NCBI GenBank assembly: GCA_964592145.1
Contig: CAZQBX010000013.1
Location: 3,199-67,198 of the forward strand
DNA length: 64,000 nucleotides
Direction: 5' to 3'
Source: an uncultured Ignavibacteria bacterium
GTDB taxonomy: Bacteria; Zixibacteria; MSB-5A5; CAIYYT01
Part shown: in pieces, positions 38,648 to 47,954 of the stretch
How positions within the stretch are numbered: the stretch's first letter is position 1
Layout of the letters: the number at the start of each line of letters is the position of its first letter
Position numbers and translations under genes: made by a program
Notes under the pieces: generated by a model
The model's database searches: none
The model's input: the letters and a program-made list of their open reading frames with translations, nothing else
What the model was told of the DNA's origin: nothing

Positions 38648-38842
38648 AAAAACAATTCCTCAATTCTGATCAAAGTGCACATCCGGCATCTTACGCGACT
38701 GACAGCCGGTAGCGGTCCTTTCCATTCTGGATGATGATTAATGAAAGACTACGAGACGCTACTGCAATTGTTTCGCGATTTTTCTTGTTGCTCCGCAAGA
38801 ACTTCAGTTGATTTCCGGAACTGAACAAAACACCTGGCGAGT

Positions 38843-39931
38843 ATGAATACCAAGAAACCATCAAATCGCATCTCGAACAAACTCGGAAAGATGCCGGGAT
38901 CTTTAATCTATGTCGGCGTTGAACGGCAGAACCCCGTCACAATCGATGTTCTTCGCTATTCGAACGACCTGCACAATGAGTTCCGCGTGTCCAATGTTGA
39001 TGATATCATCGTTCCGGAAGATCAAACGCAAGTTGCTTGGATCAATGTCGAGGGCGTGCACGATGTCAACATCATAGAGAAAGTCGGACAGAAGTTTGGC
39101 ATCCATCCTCTGATGCTCGAAGACATTGTCAATACCAACAAACGCCCTAAATTCGAGGACATGGGCGAGTATATCGTGACCATGCTCAAGATGCTTTATA
39201 TCAAGCCAGGAAGTGACGAAATTCTCGCTGAACAGGTGAGTCTGGTCATTGGCCGGAACTTTGTTGTTTCCTTCCAGGAGGTGGAAGGTGATGTCTTTGA
39301 ACCAATACGCGAACGTATCCGCAAAACAATTCCGCGCCAGAAATTCCTCGGCGCCGATTATCTCGCCCACGCCTTGATTGACGCCGTGGTTGATCATTAT
39401 TTCATTGTAATGGAAAGCATCGGAGACAAAATCGAAATTGCCCAAAACCACCTTATTCGGAACCCGCGTCCCGATAATCTTAACGCCATCTACGCACTCA
39501 AACGCAAGCTGATTGAACTGCGGCGCTCGATTTGGCCCCTGAGGGAAGTCCTTGGCGCATTTGAGCGCACGGACTCACCGTTGATACATGATTACACCCG
39601 AATTTACATGCGCGATTTGTACGAACACGTCGTGCAGGTCGCGGACACCGTCGAGACCAATCGCGAAATGGTCTCCGGCCTGCTGGAGATCTACTTAACC
39701 AGTAACAGCAACCGCACAAATGAGATCATGCGATTGTTGACTGTGATTTCAACAATCTTCATTCCTCTGACCTTTCTTGCCGGTGTCTATGGCATGAATT
39801 TCGACACACAGGCCGGTCCGCTTAGCATGCCGGAACTTAAACTCCCTCTTGGTTATATCGGTTTCTGGCTTGTCTCGGTCTTGATTGTCATTAGTCTCCT
39901 CTGGTTCTTCCGGAGGCGCAAGTGGCTATGA
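38843..39931 (+). CDS. corA: Magnesium/cobalt transporter CorA
   Basis: HPLMLEDI, RPKFED, SFQE, IFIPLTFLAGVYGMNF signature. Confidence 0.96.
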   Translation: MNTKKPSNRISNKLGKMPGSLIYVGVERQNPVTIDVLRYSNDLHNEFRVSNVDDIIVPEDQTQVAWINVEGVHDVNIIEKVGQKFGIHPLMLEDIVNTNKRPKFEDMGEYIVTMLKMLYIKPGSDEILAEQVSLVIGRNFVVSFQEVEGDVFEPIRERIRKTIPRQKFLGADYLAHALIDAVVDHYFIVMESIGDKIEIAQNHLIRNPRPDNLNAIYALKRKLIELRRSIWPLREVLGAFERTDSPLIHDYTRIYMRDLYEHVVQVADTVETNREMVSGLLEIYLTSNSNRTNEIMRLLTVISTIFIPLTFLAGVYGMNFDTQAGPLSMPELKLPLGYIGFWLVSVLIVISLLWFFRRRKWL

Positions 39932-39970
39932 AGTCGAAATTGACCTTCGGCACAGCCTTCACTTTGTGAT

Positions 39971-40843
39971 ATGTCCTCTTTCTTTTTGCTCTTTGCTGTC
40001 GTCATCTGGGGCTGGTCGTTCGTCGCGACCAAAATCTGCCTCGAATCTCTGTCTCCGGTCGAATTGCTGGGCTTGCGCGTCTTTGTCGCTTTGCCAATTC
40101 TATTTGTCTTAGCCCGCTTAAAGGGTACAAAGTTGGTTCGTAACCCCCAAGTCTTCAGACAACTTGCAATTGGATCCGCCATTATCACAGCGCACTTTCT
40201 AATACAAATCACTGGATTGCAGTACACCTCGGCAACCAATACCGGCTGGATAATATCGATTACACCGCTCGTGACCGTGGCGTTATCATATCTCTTCCTT
40301 AAAGAGCAAATCAGCCGATTTACCATCATCGGTATACTCGTCGCCACCGCTGGAATCCTGTTATTAGTGTCACACGGCAGATTAATGGACCTCGAATGGC
40401 TCAAGAGCATCGGCGATTGGCTGATCCTGATTTCAGCCCATACGTGGGCAATCTATACCGTCGCGACCCGCAACCTGACCCGATCGCAGTCTCCACTGAT
40501 TGTGACTATTGGGGTGCTGATACCAACAGCGGTGTTGATGTTTGCCTACATGATTTTCACGTCGGACTGGAACAGCTTTCTGCATCTTCCCGCAAAGGTC
40601 TACGTTGCTCTGGGAGTACTGGCAATCTTGGCAACCGCGCTGGCACACTGGTTTTGGCAGGAAGGAGTCCGCGGGCTGGGAGCCGCGCGCGCCGGAATCT
40701 TCTTGTATCTGGAACCGATTGCCACAACCACGCTCGCAGTACCACTTCTCAATGAGGAGTTCGGTGTCTTCACCGCGGTCGGCGGGATGTTAGTGCTGGC
40801 AGGTGTCTTCATTGCCCAGAGAAAGAGCGAAAAGACCTCATGA
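39971..40843 (+). CDS. DMT/EamA family transporter
   Basis: IWGWSFVATK, about 10 TM helices in two repeats, YLEP. Confidence 0.92.
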   Translation: MSSFFLLFAVVIWGWSFVATKICLESLSPVELLGLRVFVALPILFVLARLKGTKLVRNPQVFRQLAIGSAIITAHFLIQITGLQYTSATNTGWIISITPLVTVALSYLFLKEQISRFTIIGILVATAGILLLVSHGRLMDLEWLKSIGDWLILISAHTWAIYTVATRNLTRSQSPLIVTIGVLIPTAVLMFAYMIFTSDWNSFLHLPAKVYVALGVLAILATALAHWFWQEGVRGLGAARAGIFLYLEPIATTTLAVPLLNEEFGVFTAVGGMLVLAGVFIAQRKSEKTS

Positions 40844-41126
40844 ATCAGTATGTCGTTAGAGCAACTACCCCGGAAGATGCGCATTAGCCACCACTTTTCC
40901 TGGTCGAACCCGGGAGCGGCAGAGTAACGCCGGTCGCAGCCAACTGATCAATGCACTCGACAAATCGCGCAGATTGAAGCCATCAATTTCGCAGAGCGGA
41001 AACTCTGACCTTCCCCTTCAAAATGATCTGAAGTTCTCATTGAGTCTTAGACAGTAAACCCAGGTCCCCTAACAAAGGGAACCTGCATGAACACTGTGAA
41101 TCGCCAATAGGCTCGCAACGGTCAAA

Positions 41127-42806
41127 CTACAGTTCCGAATTGACAAACAGTTCCGGCGCGGCTCGTTGTGTACAGTGAATAATCTCCCGATCCTGCTCGG
41201 TAAGGGCGCCGCGTTCGATCAACCCCTGGACGGATTTTTGCAGAAGTACCATCTTGTCGTGGATCGGAATCAGCGCCGGGTAATACTCATTATTGAAAAA
41301 TATCAAATACCGCTCGCGCGTTCTTTGGTCATTTAGCATCCCGCCAATCTTCTTCTCCAACTCAAGGCCAGACAGATTCTCGAGCTCTGATTTGGGGGAT
41401 CTCATGAGAGCGCTTGTCTGTTCAAGGTTGTTCGAGCAACGATACACCATCTGCCAGACATCAACCATCCCAATTGAATTGACCACCAGAATATTGACGC
41501 TGATCCGCCCGTTCTCGTGGTTGGCACGTACACCCTGAAGATACGGTATGAAGAAATTGTCGGTAATGGCGCCAAAAGCGCTGATACCCCCCGCCATTGG
41601 GTTATCGAGGATGTCATTGATTGTGAAGTATGGCTTGCGCTGGAAGCGGGCATCTTGGATCAGCATGAATTCTTCTTCCGTGAAATGGAACCTCTCTCTC
41701 CAAAGTTCCTCTGCGGCCAGATCCTTGCGTGTAAGGGATGATTGGCTGGTGAGCATGCCGATCGCCTGACCACCGCGCCAGACCAACGGAAGAACCCCGA
41801 CCGCCCACTCGGCGGAGCCGCCGATCTCACCGATCATGGTTGACAAGGAACGACCGTCGGGAAAGTTCAATCCATCCAGCCCGAGTACGATCCCAGGCAT
41901 CAAATCGCCGTCCTTATCATATGGCGTCGCAACTCCAGCTTTGTTAAGCGTCTCCATCGCAAATGAATGCCGCGGGCGATCAAGAAAGAAAGTGCTCAAC
42001 TTGTCAACAGACGAATAACCGTGGGCCGCCGACATGATCTCCGCAATTTCCACCAACTTGGTTTCGCGCGGATTGAATTCCTCAAAATGCACACCCGCCA
42101 TCCAACGCTGTACATAAGTATCGGGAAGATGGCGTTTCACGCCGGATTCGGTAACCACCATTGCGGTAAAACTCGAATGAGACCCCTCAATCGACTTGGT
42201 CGTGCCGTCGATGACATCATTACCCAGCGACAGAAGCGACACATTTTGAGGTAGCTTCAGTCCGTACTTGGCACGATGCTCCGGTTTCCCGAAGACGGCT
42301 CCCACCGCAATCGTCGGGTTGCCGCCGACTTCAATGCCCGGCTTAATGCGAACGCCTTCGGTGATGGCCGACTCGATTATGATCTCTTCGCCGACCGGCA
42401 ATGTTTCGGTTGTCGTCTGCAGGACTTCGGCCATGACTTGAGCCGCTGTTCGGTCATTCGCGCGCTTGAGGTTGTTCTTGAGTTCATTTGTGACCAGGTG
42501 TTTGGGAACGGCATTAAGGCTGCCCCGGCCATGCAGGCCGACTGAAATCGCTGACAACGCTGCCGAAACGATCACCGACTGACGGACTTGCCTGTTGCGC
42601 AAGGCGCCTAAATTTGATTTTGGATTGACACGATTGGACAGATTGAGAATCGCGCATGCCTCTAATTCGAGGTCATAGTTGGCCAATACCGCGCGATGGC
42701 GGTGATTGAACTCGATAACCCGGTCCTCTTCAAACCCAAATTCGGTCATCGGGCCGGTATACTTAAGTCGCTGGTCCGCTACATCATAACGCAGGTTGTT
42801 ACCCAT
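41127..42806 (-). CDS. glpX: Divergent, extended class II fructose-1,6-bisphosphatase (GlpX-like)
   Basis: GRG...ANDRTAA..M, ITEG, DVIDGTT (cf. DPIDGT), LPDTYV, DRPRH, DGDL, GEIGGSAE, GAITD; 559 aa versus about 330 aa for typical GlpX. Confidence 0.7.
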   Translation of the reverse strand: MGNNLRYDVADQRLKYTGPMTEFGFEEDRVIEFNHRHRAVLANYDLELEACAILNLSNRVNPKSNLGALRNRQVRQSVIVSAALSAISVGLHGRGSLNAVPKHLVTNELKNNLKRANDRTAAQVMAEVLQTTTETLPVGEEIIIESAITEGVRIKPGIEVGGNPTIAVGAVFGKPEHRAKYGLKLPQNVSLLSLGNDVIDGTTKSIEGSHSSFTAMVVTESGVKRHLPDTYVQRWMAGVHFEEFNPRETKLVEIAEIMSAAHGYSSVDKLSTFFLDRPRHSFAMETLNKAGVATPYDKDGDLMPGIVLGLDGLNFPDGRSLSTMIGEIGGSAEWAVGVLPLVWRGGQAIGMLTSQSSLTRKDLAAEELWRERFHFTEEEFMLIQDARFQRKPYFTINDILDNPMAGGISAFGAITDNFFIPYLQGVRANHENGRISVNILVVNSIGMVDVWQMVYRCSNNLEQTSALMRSPKSELENLSGLELEKKIGGMLNDQRTRERYLIFFNNEYYPALIPIHDKMVLLQKSVQGLIERGALTEQDREIIHCTQRAAPELFVNSEL

Positions 42807-42891
42807 ATTAACCTGTCCTTCTTATTTTCCTGTCAGTACTGGGAGAAGAAACTTCATCATCGAGCTTATGATACAGCTTAATTTCGGGCAA

Positions 42892-44766
42892 TCAAGTATT
42901 ATCTCTTTCGGGCGGTCGTATCATGTTCTCGGGACTTAACAGCCGCTCCAATTGCTCGGTCGATAGCAACCCCTTTTCCACTACCAAATCATAAACACTG
43001 CGATTTGTCCGAAGTGCCTCCTTCGCAAGATCCGTCGATACTTCATAACCGAGCACCGGATTGAGCGCCGTAACTAGTCCGATGGAATTGTGCACCATCT
43101 GGCGGCAGTTCTCGACATTAGCTGTAATACCGTCAATGCAGCGATGCTTGAGCGTGAACATGCCATTCTTGAGAACTTCAATCGACTCAAAGATGCTGTG
43201 GGCGATAATGGGCTCCATGACATTGAGCTGGAGTTGCCCGGCCTCGGCGGCAAGCGTTACTGTCAGATCGTTACCGATAACTAAAAACGCAATCTGATTG
43301 ACGACTTCGGGAATGACTGGATTCACTTTTCCCGGCATGATTGTCGAGCCCGGCTGCATTGGCGGCAGATTGATCTCGTTAAGACCCGCACGCGGTCCGG
43401 ATGACAGCAAACGCAGATCATTCGCAATCTTCGAGAGTTTGATGGCAAGTCGCTTAATCGCCGAGGAGTACATGACGAACGCGCCGGTATCCTGCGTAGC
43501 TTCGACCAGATTCTTCGCCAATTTGATATCGAGACCGGTGATATCGCGTAAGTGGGCGATCACCAGTTTCGAATAGCGCGGATCAGCGTTGATTCCTGTG
43601 CCGATCGCCGTGCCGCCCATGTTGACCTCGAGAAACAATGACACGTTCTGTTCAAGCCGATCGATTTCTTCCTCGAGCATGACGGCATACGCTTCAAACT
43701 CCTGGCCCAACGTCATTGGGACCGCATCCTGTAGCTGCGTCCGTCCCATCTTGAGGACACTCCTGAATTCTTCCGCCTTGAGATAGAACGACGCAATCAA
43801 CTGCTTCAGTACCGTAATGAGCTTACCATTGGCATTGATCAGAGCAATTTTCAACGCGGTTGGATAGGCATCATTGGTCGATTGCGACAGATTAACATGA
43901 TTATTGGGATGGCAGTACTTGTACTCGCCGCGTTCGTATCCGAGTATCTCCAGCGCCCGGTTCGCAATGACCTCATTGGCATTCATGTTTGTCGATGTTC
44001 CGGCGCCGCCCTGGATCATGTCGACAACGAACTGTGTGTGCCACCGGCCGTTCGTGATTTCCAAACATGCCTGGACAATGGCGTCGCCAATCGGCCGGGG
44101 TAGCAACTCCAATTCCATGTTTGCCCGCGCCGCACCCATCTTGACTACGGCCAGCGCATTGATGAAATCCGGATAATATGCCAGCGAGATACCGCTGATG
44201 TTGAAGTTCTCAAGGGCACGCATCGTCTGGATGCCATAGAGATATTCCGAAGGAACTTCGCGATCTCCCAGCAGGTCGTGTTCCGTTCGCGTTCTTCCGG
44301 ACACGTATTGAGCCGCTACATTGACCACTCTGGTACTCGCCTGTCGCATCCGGCGCGAAATGACTCTGGCGATTCGTGAAATCAGCTTAAATCCGATCGT
44401 CGGCCGTTCATTTGACAACCGGTAGAATTGCTCGCGGCTAATCGTCAATAACGTGGAATTTGCAAGGGCTCGCGCGGAAGTATTATGCGGATAATCCTCC
44501 ATTAGCGCGCCTTCGCCGAGAAAATCGTACTTTGAGAAGACAGTGAGCCGCGTTTCCTCATCATAAGGGGTTCGCTTGAACAATTCGATTTCGCCTTCGA
44601 ATATGATGAACAGGCGTTCACGGGTGGTGTTTTCTTCGAAAAGCAACTCGCCGCTATCAATCTTCAACTCGGTGACCTCGGCGAGCAGCAACTCGTGCTC
44701 GAGGTCATCGAGGTCCTTGAACAGTTCGATATGTGATAAGAATTCTTTGATTATTGACCGGTTCAT
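42892..44766 (-). CDS. aspA: Aspartate ammonia-lyase with N-terminal cyclic-nucleotide-binding domain
   Basis: N-term LFEEN...FIIFEGEIEL...FLGEGAL; C-term YGIQTMRALENF, QGGAGTSTNMNANEV, KMGRTQLQDA, STIMPGKVNP, QLNVMEP. Confidence 0.93.
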   Translation of the reverse strand: MNRSIIKEFLSHIELFKDLDDLEHELLLAEVTELKIDSGELLFEENTTRERLFIIFEGEIELFKRTPYDEETRLTVFSKYDFLGEGALMEDYPHNTSARALANSTLLTISREQFYRLSNERPTIGFKLISRIARVISRRMRQASTRVVNVAAQYVSGRTRTEHDLLGDREVPSEYLYGIQTMRALENFNISGISLAYYPDFINALAVVKMGAARANMELELLPRPIGDAIVQACLEITNGRWHTQFVVDMIQGGAGTSTNMNANEVIANRALEILGYERGEYKYCHPNNHVNLSQSTNDAYPTALKIALINANGKLITVLKQLIASFYLKAEEFRSVLKMGRTQLQDAVPMTLGQEFEAYAVMLEEEIDRLEQNVSLFLEVNMGGTAIGTGINADPRYSKLVIAHLRDITGLDIKLAKNLVEATQDTGAFVMYSSAIKRLAIKLSKIANDLRLLSSGPRAGLNEINLPPMQPGSTIMPGKVNPVIPEVVNQIAFLVIGNDLTVTLAAEAGQLQLNVMEPIIAHSIFESIEVLKNGMFTLKHRCIDGITANVENCRQMVHNSIGLVTALNPVLGYEVSTDLAKEALRTNRSVYDLVVEKGLLSTEQLERLLSPENMIRPPERDNT

Positions 44767-44905
44767 GACTAAACTCCTTGTGGCCGAGTTCGCAACCGCG
44801 ATGCGGCTATATATCGACGGGAAAGGTACATCTTACCCCTTCCGGAGGCTAACGAAATTGTGTTGGTCGCCGGGACAAAAGCAGACATATTGATTGTGAG
44901 AAACT

Positions 44906-45538
44906 ATGCTTGAGTGGCACCAGTACCTTGAGATTCTGACGGCAATCCTCGTCATTGTCGACCCCTTCGGGGCGATCCCGATTTTTATCAGCATTACTTC
45001 GGATGAGACCCCCAGACAGCGTGCCAACACGGCGCGCATTGCTTCCTTCACTTTGGCTGTCGTACTAATTGCCGCGGCATTGGCCGGCGAGCCGCTGCTA
45101 AAATTGCTGGGCATCCGTCTGGCGTCGTTTCAGGTTGGCGGTGGAATTCTGATTCTACTCCTGGCTCTTTCGATGATCAATGCAAAGGTCAGCCCGGCCA
45201 AACAGACACCCGAAGAAGAAGTCGAAGCCGTGGCAAAAGAAAATGTCGCGGTCGTGCCGCTGGCGGTTCCTCTTTTGGCGGGCCCCGCTGCAATTAGCAC
45301 GGTTATTGTCTTTGCTCACCGCAGCGATGATTGGTCAGCCAAAGGTTTTGTGATCTTCTCGGTCGTCTTAGTTGCAGTACTGACCTGGATATTATTGCGC
45401 CTCTCGATTCCTCTGAGTCATAAATTGGGGCGCACCGGCATCAATACTTTCACCCGTGCTATGGGTATGGTGCTTTCCGCAATCGCGATCGAGTTTATTG
45501 CTACCGGGCTCCTGCAACTTTTCCCGGGGCTGGGCTGA
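44906..45538 (+). CDS. MarC family membrane protein
   Basis: IVDPFGAIPIF, FQVGGGILI, VPLAVPLLAGPAAIS, RAMGMVLSAIA. Confidence 0.93.
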   Translation: MLEWHQYLEILTAILVIVDPFGAIPIFISITSDETPRQRANTARIASFTLAVVLIAAALAGEPLLKLLGIRLASFQVGGGILILLLALSMINAKVSPAKQTPEEEVEAVAKENVAVVPLAVPLLAGPAAISTVIVFAHRSDDWSAKGFVIFSVVLVAVLTWILLRLSIPLSHKLGRTGINTFTRAMGMVLSAIAIEFIATGLLQLFPGLG

Positions 45539-45551
45539 TTTAATTCTGCCG

Positions 45552-45582
45552 AAAAAAAGACCCCGACGAATCGGGGCCTTTC
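45552..45582. terminator. Bidirectional intrinsic terminator
   Basis: A7 run then CCCCGA-CGAA-TCGGGG stem-loop, then CCTTT, between convergent genes. Confidence 0.8.
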
Positions 45583-45615
45583 CAAGCGACTCAATAACAG
45601 CAATTCGTATGATGG

Positions 45616-46161
45616 CTACGGTTTACCATTGATCGACATGAATAGCACTATATCGGTGACATCAATGTCAAATGGTGTTTCCGCCGCGATGAAGTAGTAG
45701 TGAAATTGCTCCCCAAAGACGACTTCTTTTACCTGCTCAAAGTTCTTTAAGTAGTCGTATGACTCCTGCCACTTGATCTCGCGCGTCTGACCGGCCGGCA
45801 CCACGATTCCATCGAGCACCAGAATTCCATTCGCACGAATCGCAGCTTCGGTCGTGTAATCTTTGTCGTTGGGAGAAACATAGAGCTGACCGGATGCCGA
45901 TGCATTTGAATTATTCGTTATCCGGCAGGCGAATCCAAGGTCGTCGATTCCGTTGATATCTTCTTTGTGATCTTGCCAATCTTCGTTCTCTTCGAGGTTA
46001 ACGTCACCGGAAGTGATCGCCTGACCGGTTGCCGCACTCAAGTCGTCAAGGTATTCAACAACCATAACATTGCCGGTCGTGATGCAACTTGCCCCCATGG
46101 CAAAGAACGCTACGAGTGCGACAGCTAGTGCCCTTAGTCCAATTAACAGTATTTTCTTCAT
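45616..46161 (-). CDS. Hypothetical lipoprotein
   Basis: Signal peptide ending MGAS-C; 6 nt downstream of the OMP gene. Confidence 0.7.
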   Translation of the reverse strand: MKKILLIGLRALAVALVAFFAMGASCITTGNVMVVEYLDDLSAATGQAITSGDVNLEENEDWQDHKEDINGIDDLGFACRITNNSNASASGQLYVSPNDKDYTTEAAIRANGILVLDGIVVPAGQTREIKWQESYDYLKNFEQVKEVVFGEQFHYYFIAAETPFDIDVTDIVLFMSINGKP

Positions 46162-46167
46162 TGTCGC

Positions 46168-46758
46168 TTACTCCGTGAATCCAAAGTAATAGTTGAGTCC
46201 GACGGTTATCAGACCATTCTTGCGGGAACCCTTGTCGTCGCTGTTGGGGTTGGATTCATCTTTGTAAGGAAAAATGAATGCCTTACCGCGAATATCCAGC
46301 GAAATCTGATCTGTGAACCCGTATTCGAATCCCAATCCGAACCAGTATGTACCGTTGGTCAAGTCGGGAATTCCTTTTTTCTCGAATTTTGAGGATGATA
46401 GTCCCAGAATTCCATAGGCGCCGAAACCTTTATAACCCATGATTCCACCGAAAACCAAGTCCACTCCGAAACTCGTATACTTGCCGCCTTCATGTGTCAT
46501 GGTTTCGTTCCAGCCACCCTCGACATCAAAAGAGGCATCACCGTTCTTCACGACCAGAATGTTCGGCTCAATCGCAATAGAGCCCATAAGTGGAATGCGT
46601 GCCTTCGCTCCAAACGCCGTGCCAGATTCGGTGTCTTCCTGGGCGATTGGGATGTTCAGGCCACCAAAACCGCCGACCGAGAAGCGGAAGGCGTAGCCAG
46701 ACGTGCTTAACAACATTACACACATCAATGCTACCAACACTTTAGCCTTTAGGTTCAT
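46168..46758 (-). CDS. Small outer-membrane beta-barrel (OmpA/OmpW-like fold)
   Basis: GGAGG SD, start ATG 46758, signal peptide, amphipathic strands, C-terminal VGLNYYF. Confidence 0.85.
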   Translation of the reverse strand: MNLKAKVLVALMCVMLLSTSGYAFRFSVGGFGGLNIPIAQEDTESGTAFGAKARIPLMGSIAIEPNILVVKNGDASFDVEGGWNETMTHEGGKYTSFGVDLVFGGIMGYKGFGAYGILGLSSSKFEKKGIPDLTNGTYWFGLGFEYGFTDQISLDIRGKAFIFPYKDESNPNSDDKGSRKNGLITVGLNYYFGFTE

Positions 46759-46950
46759 TGTACCTCCAATTGGTTTGAAACCTTCGACTCTTATTCTTGT
46801 AAACAGTTGATAGAAAATAGAGACGGAAATCGTCCTTGGCAACAAAAATCGCGGACAACACCGCCTGAAACTTGTTGCGCACGAGTTTTCGTTTCTTTAG
46901 TATCACCGATGATGGCCAGTAGTTATTGACGTACCCAAGGAGTAATTTTA

Positions 46951-47718
46951 ATGAAGAAGATTTTTGCCTTAACCCTCGCCATAATGATTGCCTCTGCAAT
47001 TCCGGCTATGGCCGAGATGACCGGTGATGAAATCATTGCCAAGCACATCGAAGCCTATGGCGGCGCAAAAGCCATGAACGATGTGAAAACCATGACCATG
47101 AAAGGCAGTATGTTTGCCCAGGGAATGCCGCTTGACCTGGCGGCGTTTATGATCCTCCCCGACAAGAGCTATATGCAGGTCTCGACCAATAACATGGTGT
47201 TATATGCAGGCGGCACCAACGGCAAGGAAGCCTGGGCCACCCAGATGGGCGAATCGTATATACTCGAGGGTAAGGAGAAAGCCGACCTTGAGTCCCAGGC
47301 GGAGCAGTTTACGCTCTTGGATTACAAGAAGAAAGGCGGTACTGCCAAATACCTCGGGGAAGATTTGGTCAAGGGAGCCAAAGCCTATAAAGTAGAATTT
47401 GTGTCTGCAAAAAACGACACGACGACCTACTTCTTCGATGCTGCGAACTACTATATTGTTCGCGAAAAGAGCGCACGGTCGAACACCAGCTATTCGAATC
47501 ATAAGGCTGTCAATGGAGTCGTTTTCCCGTTCAAGATTAATTCACAGGTCGAAATGGGCGGCCAATCCGCACAGCAAATGCTCACCATCGATTCAATTGC
47601 GATCAATGTTCCAATCGCCGATTCTCTGTTTGTCATGCCTAAGAACGCCAAACCGATGCCAAAAGCCCCAGCTCCAACGGATACCGGTGCTGCTCCGGCC
47701 GAAGGTTCCGGCAAGTAG
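46951..47718 (+). CDS. Periplasmic LolA-like / lipoprotein-sorting-fold protein
   Basis: Signal peptide; EIIAKHIEAYGG, GTNGKEAW, YFFDAANY, VNGVVFPFKI; Pro/Ala tail. Confidence 0.6.
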   Translation: MKKIFALTLAIMIASAIPAMAEMTGDEIIAKHIEAYGGAKAMNDVKTMTMKGSMFAQGMPLDLAAFMILPDKSYMQVSTNNMVLYAGGTNGKEAWATQMGESYILEGKEKADLESQAEQFTLLDYKKKGGTAKYLGEDLVKGAKAYKVEFVSAKNDTTTYFFDAANYYIVREKSARSNTSYSNHKAVNGVVFPFKINSQVEMGGQSAQQMLTIDSIAINVPIADSLFVMPKNAKPMPKAPAPTDTGAAPAEGSGK

Positions 47719-47752
47719 CCAATCAAGTACCTATCTGATATAGTTTTATATC

Positions 47753-47783
47753 GGGCCGCCTGAACGCCAGGCGGCCTTTTTTT
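47753..47783 (+). terminator. Intrinsic terminator
   Basis: GGCCGCCTG/CAGGCGGCC stem followed by a 7-T run. Confidence 0.88.
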
Positions 47784-47954
47784 GATGTGTCGGACAACAA
47801 AATCGGCATCCAATGATCATCAAAATTGCTCCACGTTACGTACATTTTTTGTTATCTCTAATATCAACGACCTGGTAACTCGTCGATTTCGACCGACGGT
47901 TCTTTAAGAGGGTCGACTCAACATTACTTCATAGTTGTCTCTTGGAGGATCCTG

